From the sequence record PX246731.1: 64,000 bases of DNA. One strand, given 5' to 3'. Under the pieces are notes generated by a model. The model had not been told where the DNA came from, searched no databases, and saw only the letters and a program-made list of their open reading frames with translations. The first letter of the stretch is position 1. The number at the start of each line of letters is the position of its first letter. This document shows positions 7,754 to 17,076 of the stretch, piece after piece. The position numbers and the translations under genes were made by a program. The DNA is from a phage.

Positions 7754-8697
7754 TGATTAAGGCAACTGTCATTGCAGATTCCGTTCATCCAGAAACAGGA
7801 ACTCGTATCACAACCTTTGAATTGGTTTACCCCCGATTCATTCACAGTGAGTTTATGACTCACCGTGTATTTAACCGTAACGCTTCAAGCAGTCGTGCTA
7901 TCCCAACTGCTAAGTTCATCGAACAGGTTCGTAATGAACCAGTGATGCCAAGTCACTGGGGTAAGAACCAGAAAGGTATGCAAGCAGAGGAAGAACTCAC
8001 TCCTTTGGAGATTGTAGACGCTACATTTGCATGGAAGCAAGCTGCCACAAGTGCAGCTATCTATGCTGAAATCCTTCGTCGTGGGCAAGTACATAAGCAA
8101 ATTGTTAACCGTATTCTGGAACCGTTCACACATATCCGTGTAGTGGTAACTTCAACTAGCTGGGCTAACTTCTATGGATTGCGTGACCACAAAGATGCAC
8201 AACCAGAGATTCGTAAACTGGCTCAAGCAATGCGTAAGGCACATGAGGAAAGTACGCCAAGGGCATTACCATATGGGCAATGGCATCTACCTTATATTGC
8301 TCATATTGACCGTGTTGGGGCTTACAATTTCTGCAAACGTAATCGAATTACACGCGATGAACCAAGTGATGCAGAAGTGCATGGACTACTTCTCAAAGTA
8401 AGTGCTGCACGTTGTGCCCGTGCTTCATATAACAACTTTGAAGGACGCCCGTCCACTATCGAAGAAGATCTCGGTTTATTTGCTAAGTTAGTGGAAAACC
8501 AACCTATTCATGCTTCCCCAACGGAACATCAGGCTACGCCTATGAACCTTGGTGAGAAGTACGTGAATAACATGAACCCAGTTACATGGGAGCAAGGTGT
8601 TACATCCATGGATAAAGAAGGGAATCTGTATTCAGGTAACCTGCTCCACTTTATCCAATTCCGTAAGTTAATTCCTGGTGAGACTATTACTGAATGA
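7753..8697 (+). CDS. ThyX-like flavin-dependent thymidylate synthase (putative)
   Basis: HRVFNRNASSSR fits the ThyX signature H-R-x7-S; the N-terminal region resembles ThyX. Longer than typical ThyX, so the assignment is tentative. Confidence 0.45.
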   Translation: MIKATVIADSVHPETGTRITTFELVYPRFIHSEFMTHRVFNRNASSSRAIPTAKFIEQVRNEPVMPSHWGKNQKGMQAEEELTPLEIVDATFAWKQAATSAAIYAEILRRGQVHKQIVNRILEPFTHIRVVVTSTSWANFYGLRDHKDAQPEIRKLAQAMRKAHEESTPRALPYGQWHLPYIAHIDRVGAYNFCKRNRITRDEPSDAEVHGLLLKVSAARCARASYNNFEGRPSTIEEDLGLFAKLVENQPIHASPTEHQATPMNLGEKYVNNMNPVTWEQGVTSMDKEGNLYSGNLLHFIQFRKLIPGETITE

Positions 8698-8933
8698 AAA
8701 AACTAGCTCTATATGCAATGCTAACTAGTGGCTTACTCTCATTAATTTTCGCATACAAAGTCGCCTTTGTATTAGAAACAGATATGCAGTTCATTCGAGC
8801 CAGTATTCTGTTCTTCGTAAGTGAGATTGGTTTGTGGTGTCTTTATTATATTGCCCGTGACTATGAAGCAATTCGTGAGCAAGAAGAAGTGAAAAAACAA
8901 ATGATACGTTTTGTAGAACAAAATCGTAAGTAA
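8694..8933 (+). CDS. small membrane protein
   Basis: 79-aa ORF with two hydrophobic segments (LALYAMLTSGLLSLIFAY; ILFFVSEIGLWCLYYIA). Confidence 0.4.
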   Translation: MKKLALYAMLTSGLLSLIFAYKVAFVLETDMQFIRASILFFVSEIGLWCLYYIARDYEAIREQEEVKKQMIRFVEQNRK

Positions 8934-8939
8934 ACCTAA

Positions 8940-8964
8940 GACCTCCTCCGGGAGGTCTTTTTTT
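8940..8964 (+). terminator. Rho-independent terminator
   Basis: Stem acctcc(8941-8946)/ggaggt(8951-8956) with 4-nt loop, followed by a 7-T run. Confidence 0.7.
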
Positions 8965-8993
8965 GGTTTCAATTAACTCTTTTAGGAGGGTTT

Positions 8994-9206
8994 ATGCCTG
9001 CTAAATACCGTATCAAAGACACACCTGTAATGTGTGAGGGTGAGAAGGGTGACATTGTATATGCCTGTATCCAGGATGATTTCAATGCTGCTCTTATGTT
9101 AACCCAAATGACAAATACACTGCATGTATCTGTAACACTGGACCCTACCGGTGACTATCCATGCTTTCCTATTCCTGCCCATAATCTGGAGCAAATTCAT
9201 GATTAA
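8994..9206 (+). CDS. hypothetical protein
   Basis: 70-aa ORF with ggaggg RBS upstream. Confidence 0.4.
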   Translation: MPAKYRIKDTPVMCEGEKGDIVYACIQDDFNAALMLTQMTNTLHVSVTLDPTGDYPCFPIPAHNLEQIHD

Positions 9207-9513
9207 TCCTGAAGTAATTCATAGTAAAACCGGTAAAGCTGTCCCACTTAGTGAAATTGCAGTAACTGGTGATATTGCTGCTTGTCCAGCTAACATCGCT
9301 TCTCTATGTATGTGCATTGCTGCACTGGCAGAAGAACGTAAGTTATGGCTGGAGCCAAGTAAAGAAATGGTACTGGCTGGTATGGCTGAACTGAATGCAC
9401 TTCTAAAAGAAATGTATGACGAGAATGGTCAATTAGTTGAACCAACCGATGACCAAATTTCTGACGCTGTAGTATTTGTCCTTCAAGCAATGGCAGGTAA
9501 ACGCAATGGCTAA
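9199..9513 (+). CDS. hypothetical protein
   Basis: Start at internal ATG 9199 (ggag RBS), overlapping the upstream stop; ORF track begins at 9151. Confidence 0.4.
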   Translation: MINPEVIHSKTGKAVPLSEIAVTGDIAACPANIASLCMCIAALAEERKLWLEPSKEMVLAGMAELNALLKEMYDENGQLVEPTDDQISDAVVFVLQAMAGKRNG

Positions 9514-9697
9514 TGTAAATATCGCCTCAGAAAAGACGTATAGTATTCAGATTAACGGCTTAACCGAGTATCAGGTCTTATTCCTAATGAATGCTTTTCA
9601 AAATAGTCCTGTAGGTCACCATCCTAATGATGAACCACGGGAAGAAGCTGAACTTCGTAAAGCTATTTTTGATAAGTGTAAACAAATTCTAATGTAA
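9476..9697 (+). CDS. hypothetical protein
   Basis: 73-aa ORF; alternative start at 9506. Confidence 0.3.
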   Translation: MSFKQWQVNAMANVNIASEKTYSIQINGLTEYQVLFLMNAFQNSPVGHHPNDEPREEAELRKAIFDKCKQILM

Positions 9698-9724
9698 GCA
9701 ACATTTAATCTGGAGAGTAAATAA

Positions 9725-12292
9725 ATGTTAGTTGCAGATACCAATGAAGTAGCTACCTCAGCGACACTGGGTGGCAAAGAAACAATTGCCTTTGGCATCT
9801 CTGATGACCCGGCATTCTTCCATGTATTAAGTACTTCCCTATATAACAATCCTACCTTAGCAGTAGTTCGTGAGACTATCTGTAACAGTTGGGATGCTCA
9901 TATAGAAGCTGGTAAGACTGATAATCCTATTCGTATCACTATTGATACTGATAACTTTATTACCTTTCGTGACTACGGTAATGGTATTCCAGATGAACTC
10001 ATTGGTTCCATTTATGGTGTCTATGGTGCATCTACTAAGAAGTCCAACAGTAGTGTTACCGGTGGCTTTGGTCTGGGATGTAAATCCCCATTCGCTTATA
10101 CAGATAGCTTCCAGGTTACTTCATGGAACCAGGGAAAGATGTCGGTATACAACGTAGCTAAGGCTGCGATTGAGAATGATGGTAAGCCTGGTATTGTTCC
10201 TATTGTTACTGGTATTCCTACTGAGAAATCTGGTCTAGAAGTTAAATTCCAGTTAGGCAAACATGACGTAAATACCTTCATACATTACATCACATCAATC
10301 GTATTTAACGGTGAGATTAAAGCTGAGCTTAGTATTCCTAAACTAGTTAAAACAGAAGCAGGAAATAATATTCAACAAGGTGACTACACTTTACTAAATA
10401 CGCTGGGAATGTCATTTGAACCTGGTTCATATGATATGTCTGATAGCTGGTATCAGGGTTATATGGGTAACAGTAACATATTCGTTCGTTACGGCAACGT
10501 AATGTACCCAATAGTATCTAGCCCAGCTAGTGAAGAAGCTGTAGGTCTTATCCTCAACTTTATGAACATCATTGGTGCATCTAATTTAGTAGTTCAGGCT
10601 GCACCGGATACTCTAGCTATTGCCCCTAGTCGAGAAACACTGTCTAATCAGAAGTTAACCGACGATGGTATTACTACTCTATGTGTAGATTTAGTAAACC
10701 GTATGGAGAAAGAGATTAAGGCTAAGATTCCTGAAGCTATTAAGCAGGTTGAAGAATATGCCTCTAAATCCTCTACCTGCTTCTGGACCTATCCGTCTTT
10801 CCTGCTTGCTGTTACAGACAGAATCGTTCAACGTTATATGTCCTCTAGTTTGTGGGCTAAGCAACGTAAGCATCACATCAAGCATTGGCGTAATCTATCC
10901 AATAAAGCATTATTAGCTCGTCCTGAATATGCAGGTCTTAAGAAACTGTATGGTAAGGCTATGCGTGCTCTTAAGGATACTCGCGAAGAAAGTACATACT
11001 CCCCATTCCATGAATTAGTATATCGTCATCTACACTTACCTCAGCTTGCTGCTTTAAAAGCTGCTGGTATTAAGTGGTCTGGTTACATAGTGAACCAGGG
11101 TAACAGTGTTGACTTGGAGAAGGGTAAACTCGCTGACTACTTTAGGATATTCCATAACTCTCATCAAAGTATTGGCATATTCACTACCAAGAACGTTGTA
11201 GTTACCCGACGTTTATCTGATTGTGCAGACTCTTTCTCATACTTCCCCGAATACAACCGAGGTGACCTGGAGCGTACAGCTTTTGTTCACTTAGTTGGTC
11301 CTAAGAAGGGTGCAGCAGAAGAAGCTGTAGCTAAGTTCACTGCTATGGGTTATCGGGTGATTGACCTTACTCAATATAATGAGTGGGACAAACCAACCAA
11401 CTACCGCAGAGAGCAGGCTAAGATAGCTGCTGAGAAACGGGCTAAGACAATAGCTGCCAATAAAACCAAAGCAGGGGGTAAAACTAATGCTCTGATTTCA
11501 TTGAATGCAGTTCTTGGTACTACTCCTGTACATAATAAAAACGGTGATTGGGAATTTAAGCCGTATATTCAGAAGGAGTTTGCTGACCCAAGTCGCCATG
11601 AAAAGTATGGTTTCGTTGAAGTAGAGCATCCTAAGTACTATGTACTGGCTAATCAGGTTGGTTCTGGTAGTCCATTAACTGCCAGAATTGGAACCATGTG
11701 GAAATGGTATGAGCTATCTGATGAGATGAAAGCAGATACTGTTGTCTGTCGCAATCGAATCGAAGCTAATAAGGCCAAACGACGAGGTGCTATCCACATT
11801 GATGATGTTCGCTTTAATGAGTTGATGTCAGTTATTACCAGTAAAGGCTTCAAGAAGTATGTTACTGAACACCGCATCAGTATTCTGGATTACATAGGAC
11901 TGGATGACAGAGAGTATTGGGAAATCCTTGACATACTGGGTCTAACGTTCAAACCATTACAGAATCTGATTTTTAAACCAGAGTATGAATGGGCATATGA
12001 CTTTCTACGGAGTCGACCACATGACAACAAAGAAAAACTTGTTGAAATGGGCTGTATTAAATCAGTAGATGACTTAGAGCCATATAGAATGATGGCTAAT
12101 CCACGTAATCATAAGTACTTTAAAATTCTTAATGATTACAAAGAATTATTCAGTTATAGCTGGAATAAAAATGACATCCTACAGACGCTGGACTTAGGTA
12201 GTTTGGTAAAACACCTTAAGAAGAATCCAGAGGATATTCCTGGGTTTAAGTCCCTCTACCGTAACCGTCTAAATAAACTGAAAGGTAACTAA
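9725..12292 (+). CDS. rIIA: rIIA-like protein (GHKL-type ATPase domain)
   Basis: N-terminal GHKL/HATPase_c motifs: ICNSWDAH (N-box-like), FRDYGNGIP (G1-like), TGGFGLGCKSPF (G2-like). 855 aa, directly followed by a second large ORF, the rIIA-rIIB pair arrangement known in N4-like phages. Confidence 0.65.
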   Translation: MLVADTNEVATSATLGGKETIAFGISDDPAFFHVLSTSLYNNPTLAVVRETICNSWDAHIEAGKTDNPIRITIDTDNFITFRDYGNGIPDELIGSIYGVYGASTKKSNSSVTGGFGLGCKSPFAYTDSFQVTSWNQGKMSVYNVAKAAIENDGKPGIVPIVTGIPTEKSGLEVKFQLGKHDVNTFIHYITSIVFNGEIKAELSIPKLVKTEAGNNIQQGDYTLLNTLGMSFEPGSYDMSDSWYQGYMGNSNIFVRYGNVMYPIVSSPASEEAVGLILNFMNIIGASNLVVQAAPDTLAIAPSRETLSNQKLTDDGITTLCVDLVNRMEKEIKAKIPEAIKQVEEYASKSSTCFWTYPSFLLAVTDRIVQRYMSSSLWAKQRKHHIKHWRNLSNKALLARPEYAGLKKLYGKAMRALKDTREESTYSPFHELVYRHLHLPQLAALKAAGIKWSGYIVNQGNSVDLEKGKLADYFRIFHNSHQSIGIFTTKNVVVTRRLSDCADSFSYFPEYNRGDLERTAFVHLVGPKKGAAEEAVAKFTAMGYRVIDLTQYNEWDKPTNYRREQAKIAAEKRAKTIAANKTKAGGKTNALISLNAVLGTTPVHNKNGDWEFKPYIQKEFADPSRHEKYGFVEVEHPKYYVLANQVGSGSPLTARIGTMWKWYELSDEMKADTVVCRNRIEANKAKRRGAIHIDDVRFNELMSVITSKGFKKYVTEHRISILDYIGLDDREYWEILDILGLTFKPLQNLIFKPEYEWAYDFLRSRPHDNKEKLVEMGCIKSVDDLEPYRMMANPRNHKYFKILNDYKELFSYSWNKNDILQTLDLGSLVKHLKKNPEDIPGFKSLYRNRLNKLKGN

Positions 12293-12296
12293 TCTG

Positions 12297-14345
12297 ATGA
12301 AAATCGAACTGATTTCTATCATCGCACTGGCAGTTGACAGTCGTAATCTTACATTGTGGAAGCCTGATGGCTCCACGATTGTATATCCTCAGAGCGACCC
12401 ACGGGTTGCTCGCATTGTATCTGAAGCACAAACCAAAGGTTTGGGAACTACTAAAGACCAGATAGAAGTAAACATTGCACCAGAAGAAAACCTGCGTACT
12501 GAATATCTGGAAGCAGAGAAGAACACTAATGGATTCGTCCGTTTCTTCAAGGTAGCTAAAGCTAAACTTAAAGAGTTCTTCCAGGATGGTACAGGTGTCC
12601 AACCTGCACACATAGTCTCAGATATTAAGTTGGGTAATCCTACTAAGACATTAGTATCTAAAGCCATGGATACCTTCCTGGCTGTACAGGCTAATGAACC
12701 AGAAGTAACAGTAGTAGATGGTTGTTATGACAGACGTGACAACCTGATGTGGGTTACTGGCTGGGATAAGGACCATAACCATCTTGCACTGGTTCGCTTT
12801 ATTAACGATGTATTGTATTGGGGTTATGTCCATACCGACCGTATTCTTGCACAAGAGTGGCCTATTGCAATTCGTGCAGTATCCGATGATGAAATGAGTG
12901 AGTTTGCTAAACAAGCTAAGCACATCAAAGGAGTACACATTGTATTTACCAGTCGTGATGTAACTCCATTTCCTTACGTAGAAGTAGCTAAAACTACGAA
13001 CCAGGATAAACTGGCTGCTGCTTCTGAGAAGTTAGCTGCATTGGGGGCTATTAGTACCGATGATGCTAACTTCCATACTGATGTGAAAGAAGATGAGGTG
13101 GTTGTTGCTGTTACCAACAATGGGGTTATCCCTGGGGTTGAAAACCTGCATCGTCACTTACGTCAGTCTGCCAAGCTTAAAGACTACAAGGGCTTTACTA
13201 AGTTCCTTGAACGCCTGGCTCCGGTTATTAAAGACCGTCTGCACTCAGTAGAAGACCTGATGAAGTTCATGGAGACTGCTGAATTACCTATTGCTGATGA
13301 TGGTTCAATCCTGTTCCTGAAACGCCTGCAGTATAAAGGCAACGAAGATGGTAAGCGTGTATTCGTTGACTGTCACTCAGGTAACATCAAACAGTGGGTA
13401 GGTTGTAAAGTGCAGGTACGTGAAGACCTGGTAGACCCTGACCGTCGTCAGGACTGCTCAAATGGTCTGCATGTAGCATCCATGAGTTATATCCGTAGCT
13501 TCGGTGGTAATGTGACCATCCTTGGTAAAGTAGCACCAGAAGACGTATTTGCTGTTCCTCAGTACAACACTAATAAGATGCGTGTATCTGCGTATCATAT
13601 TATTGCTGAACTACCGGAAGAGGAGCGTAATAACGTTAACAATGGTATCTACCTGTCTAAGACAGAAGTAGGTAAAAAGCTGCTTAATGATGCCATCGTT
13701 GGTAACCATAGTTCACCTACCACACTTATTATGGTTGGTGGTCATTATGGTACTAACCTCAAATACACTAATCTCACATCTGGTTCTGTAGAACAATTCC
13801 GTACAATTGCTAGTAAAGAAGCACTGAACATGGAAGAGTCACTGAATGAAGCTGTAGCTGCTGAACCAGTGAAGGCTACTGACCTTAAACCTGTTATTAA
13901 GAAGGCTCCTACTGTGAAAGAACAAATCCAGGAACTGGTAAAAGAGTTCCTCAATGCAACAACACCAGAAGATAAGTTAGCTGCTGCTGATTTGCTTGTG
14001 GAAATGCGAGGCAAGGCTCGTAAGCCATGGGCTGCTTTAGGTGTTAGTTCCGATGTGGTGGATGCAATTGCTACTATCCGTAGTACTCGCATTCCTGTAC
14101 CTAAAGCTGTTAAGCAGGATAAGACAGTTAAACCTACGCGTTATGCTACTGCCACTAAAGTAGCTACGTCTGGTAAACACGCTGATAATCTGCGAAGCAT
14201 CCTTAATGATACGACGTACTCTGACTATCAGAAAGGCCATGCTCTGCAAGACTATAAGCGTCATGCTAAGAAGTCATTCACTGCAATGGGTCTGACTGAG
14301 GAAGAAGCTAAGTTAGCTACCAATCTGGTCAAAGCTGCTAAGTAA
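12297..14345 (+). CDS. rIIB: rIIB-like protein (putative)
   Basis: 682-aa ORF immediately downstream of the rIIA-like gene; assignment is by synteny only. Confidence 0.4.
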   Translation: MKIELISIIALAVDSRNLTLWKPDGSTIVYPQSDPRVARIVSEAQTKGLGTTKDQIEVNIAPEENLRTEYLEAEKNTNGFVRFFKVAKAKLKEFFQDGTGVQPAHIVSDIKLGNPTKTLVSKAMDTFLAVQANEPEVTVVDGCYDRRDNLMWVTGWDKDHNHLALVRFINDVLYWGYVHTDRILAQEWPIAIRAVSDDEMSEFAKQAKHIKGVHIVFTSRDVTPFPYVEVAKTTNQDKLAAASEKLAALGAISTDDANFHTDVKEDEVVVAVTNNGVIPGVENLHRHLRQSAKLKDYKGFTKFLERLAPVIKDRLHSVEDLMKFMETAELPIADDGSILFLKRLQYKGNEDGKRVFVDCHSGNIKQWVGCKVQVREDLVDPDRRQDCSNGLHVASMSYIRSFGGNVTILGKVAPEDVFAVPQYNTNKMRVSAYHIIAELPEEERNNVNNGIYLSKTEVGKKLLNDAIVGNHSSPTTLIMVGGHYGTNLKYTNLTSGSVEQFRTIASKEALNMEESLNEAVAAEPVKATDLKPVIKKAPTVKEQIQELVKEFLNATTPEDKLAAADLLVEMRGKARKPWAALGVSSDVVDAIATIRSTRIPVPKAVKQDKTVKPTRYATATKVATSGKHADNLRSILNDTTYSDYQKGHALQDYKRHAKKSFTAMGLTEEEAKLATNLVKAAK

Positions 14346-14357
14346 TAGCCTGTTCAA

Positions 14358-14391
14358 ATAGCCTCACTTATAATAAAGTGAGGCTATCTTT
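14358..14391 (+). terminator. Terminator-like hairpin
   Basis: Perfect 11-bp stem atagcctcact(14358-14368)/agtgaggctat(14377-14387); the downstream T-run is weak (ctttg). Confidence 0.45.
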
Positions 14392-14407
14392 GAAGAGGAA
14401 ATAAGCT

Positions 14408-14803
14408 ATGTCTAAAGTATTCAGAAGTAATCGCAAAGCAACTGATGAAGACATCATTCGTATGAATGCTGTTGGTCTGTCCCTCGCAACTATCGCTAAG
14501 ACGTTGGGGGTTCACCCCACTACGGTTACTTTGCGATTGCGTTCTCTAAACATTGAACCAGCCGACACACGTCGGACGTTCATGGAAAACGTATTACGAC
14601 CTTTACCAACCCATGTGGCTGATTGGCTGTCAGAACAAGTTGGTCCTGCTTATGAGATTCGCTCATATGTAAGAGACTTGATTCTGGAAGCATATAATAA
14701 TCGCCACCTTAACCAAGAGAGTGAGCATGACAAGTTCATCCGTTTGTACGCTGGCAAATACGGAAGCCTGGTTCCGGAAAGCAGTACCAAATCCGACAAG
14801 TAA
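14408..14803 (+). CDS. HTH-type DNA-binding protein (putative regulator)
   Basis: Helix-turn-helix-like segment LSLATIAKTLGVHPTTVTLRL; gaggaa RBS. Confidence 0.45.
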   Translation: MSKVFRSNRKATDEDIIRMNAVGLSLATIAKTLGVHPTTVTLRLRSLNIEPADTRRTFMENVLRPLPTHVADWLSEQVGPAYEIRSYVRDLILEAYNNRHLNQESEHDKFIRLYAGKYGSLVPESSTKSDK

Positions 14804-14819
14804 GAACATTAGTACCCAG

Positions 14820-15182
14820 ATGGGTTGCCATCTGGAAGAAGTAGAAGAAATGCTTCAAACCATTTATCCAAATGGTAGCTACGATGCAGAATTACTGCAA
14901 CGTGCACAAGATGCTCTTACAAATCTGGCAAACCATATGAAACGTAATGATGATGCTTATCGCATTGACGCTAGTACCAACCTGCTGGATTCACTGGCAG
15001 ACCAGATTGTTACAGCAACTGGCGTCGGTACTTTCCTTGGGATGAATGTCCCTGGAGCATTGGCTGAGGTCAATCGCTCAAACTATTCTAAGTTTGAGGA
15101 TGGGGAACCAGTCTTCAACGAGAATAAAAAAGTTATGAAAGGGAAAGACTACACTCCCCCGGATTTAACCCCTTACATCTAA
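14820..15182 (+). CDS. hypothetical protein (possible MazG-like nucleotide pyrophosphohydrolase)
   Basis: Start at the first ATG after the upstream stop (ORF track 14721). Helical E-rich sequence with a weak resemblance to MazG/HisE-like pyrophosphohydrolases. Confidence 0.3.
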   Translation: MGCHLEEVEEMLQTIYPNGSYDAELLQRAQDALTNLANHMKRNDDAYRIDASTNLLDSLADQIVTATGVGTFLGMNVPGALAEVNRSNYSKFEDGEPVFNENKKVMKGKDYTPPDLTPYI

Positions 15183-15202
15183 CCCTCTACGGAGGGTTTT
15201 TT
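15183..15202 (+). terminator. Rho-independent terminator
   Basis: Stem ccctc(15183-15187)/gaggg(15192-15196) with 4-nt loop, followed by tttttt. Confidence 0.65.
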
Positions 15203-15215
15203 ACTGGAGATTTTA

Positions 15216-16526
15216 ATGTTTTCCAAATCTACCAAAGCCCCACTGAACAAGGGGCAAGAAGCGGTTGCGAAGGAGTTCTTCGACTTCCTGCTCAACCCTA
15301 ATGCTACCGAATTCAATATTAGTGGCCCAGGGGGAACTGGCAAGACATTCCTGATGTCGCATCTCATTGATGACACTATGCCTGCATATATGGAAACTTG
15401 CTCCCTTATGGGAACCAAGCCCCTGTATAACGAAGTTGTTATGACTGCGACCACGAACAAGGCTGCTGAAGTTCTGGCTCAGGCTACTGGACGTTCAACA
15501 TCTACCTATCACTCCTTTCAGGGACTGATTGTTAAGAATGACTTTAAGACTGGTGAGGCTAATGTCGTACCTTCTAAATCATTCAATATTAAGAAGAACA
15601 AAATCATCTTCGTAGATGAAGCATCCATGATTGACCGTCAGTTACTTAAGTATGCTCGTGAAGGTACTCACCAGTGCAAACTGGTATTTGTAGGTGATGC
15701 TTCTCAGCTTCTGCCTGTTAAAGAGAATAAGTCTCCAGTGTATGCAGGTAATATCCCAACACACTATCTGACTGAACAGATGCGTACCGATGCACCGGAA
15801 CTCAAAGCATTGCACCAGCAATTGCGTGATACGGTGGAGGGTAAGACGGGCTTCCTGCCTATTAAATGTATTCCAGGCATTATTGACTGGGTACAAGGAG
15901 AGGAGATGGAGAAACTGGTTCTTAGTCACTTCACTCAACCTACCAACAGCCGTATTGTTGCTTACACTAATGACCAGGTTATTAATTACAATAACTACAT
16001 TCGTGAAGCCAATGGCTACGTGGGTGAATACTCCATCGGTGAGCAGTTAGTATCTAACTCTGCTGTTCGCTTAGGGGTGGAAGACCGTCTGTCTATTGAG
16101 CAGGACGTAAAACTCATTGACCAGGATAGTAGTACTCGAATGATTCAGGTTACTGGTGACCTGGAACTAGAAGTCCGTGATAGTACACTTGACCTTGGTT
16201 ATGGTGGTATTGTAAGTGAAGTTCCAGTACCCACTGACCCAGAATACTTCAACCGTTTGGTTAAGTGGCTAGGAAAGGAGAAGAACTGGGAACCTTACTT
16301 CCGTCTTAAAGAAACCATTCCAGACCTACGTGCTACTCATGCATGTACTGTCCATAAATCACAAGGCTCTACTTACGACACAATCTTCATTGATGCAGAT
16401 GACCTCTCAAGCTGTCGCCAACCCGATATGGTTGCCCGTCTGCTTTACGTCGCTGTGTCCCGTGCACGTAAGCGAGTAGTGTTCTATGGCAATCTTGCCA
16501 GTAAGTATGGTGGTCTAACTTTCTAA
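15216..16526 (+). CDS. SF1 DNA helicase (Dda/RecD-like)
   Basis: Walker A GPGGTGKT, Walker B IIFVDEASM, C-terminal VHKSQGSTYDTIFID and LLYVAVSRARKRV, typical of RecD/Dda-family helicases. Confidence 0.8.
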   Translation: MFSKSTKAPLNKGQEAVAKEFFDFLLNPNATEFNISGPGGTGKTFLMSHLIDDTMPAYMETCSLMGTKPLYNEVVMTATTNKAAEVLAQATGRSTSTYHSFQGLIVKNDFKTGEANVVPSKSFNIKKNKIIFVDEASMIDRQLLKYAREGTHQCKLVFVGDASQLLPVKENKSPVYAGNIPTHYLTEQMRTDAPELKALHQQLRDTVEGKTGFLPIKCIPGIIDWVQGEEMEKLVLSHFTQPTNSRIVAYTNDQVINYNNYIREANGYVGEYSIGEQLVSNSAVRLGVEDRLSIEQDVKLIDQDSSTRMIQVTGDLELEVRDSTLDLGYGGIVSEVPVPTDPEYFNRLVKWLGKEKNWEPYFRLKETIPDLRATHACTVHKSQGSTYDTIFIDADDLSSCRQPDMVARLLYVAVSRARKRVVFYGNLASKYGGLTF

Positions 16527-16536
16527 GGGAGGATAT

Positions 16537-17067
16537 ATGCCTCAGATTGGTTCAGCGACTATTGGTCAGGTTGCCAATAGCAGTGAGATAGTCAAACACC
16601 TGTTCTTAGCAGAACTGGTTCGTCTTGATAGTGTGTTAAACGGTATCATTGATAAGAACGACCGTATTAATGGTATTGATGTATCGGCTGGGTTCCTTTA
16701 TCAAGGGGAGTTCTATCAGCGTTCTAATGCTGCCAGACCTCCAACCTACGGTGAACGATTAACGCTTAATCCAGAACTCTGGCCTGCAATGGACAAGTAT
16801 CTGAAAGCCTCCAGCCGTCTGATTATGGAAGTACACCTTGTGAACCAGACTGTATATCGCCTGGTTCGTGGTTGTATGTCCTATCAGGATGTACGTGATG
16901 CTTTGCCTGAATGTTTGGTAGCACAGGACCAGACTGGTAAGTACAAGGAACTGCCACGTACTCGTGAAGCAGCCTGGACACTTGCCGGTGATCCTATGGC
17001 AATAAAGCAGTATGAGAAGATTCTGCCTTCTATTGAGTACTATGCAGCTTCCCATCTGATTTTCTAA
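16537..17067 (+). CDS. hypothetical protein
   Basis: 176-aa ORF with gggagg RBS, in the replication module. Confidence 0.45.
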   Translation: MPQIGSATIGQVANSSEIVKHLFLAELVRLDSVLNGIIDKNDRINGIDVSAGFLYQGEFYQRSNAARPPTYGERLTLNPELWPAMDKYLKASSRLIMEVHLVNQTVYRLVRGCMSYQDVRDALPECLVAQDQTGKYKELPRTREAAWTLAGDPMAIKQYEKILPSIEYYAASHLIF

Positions 17068-17076
17068 GGTAAAGCT

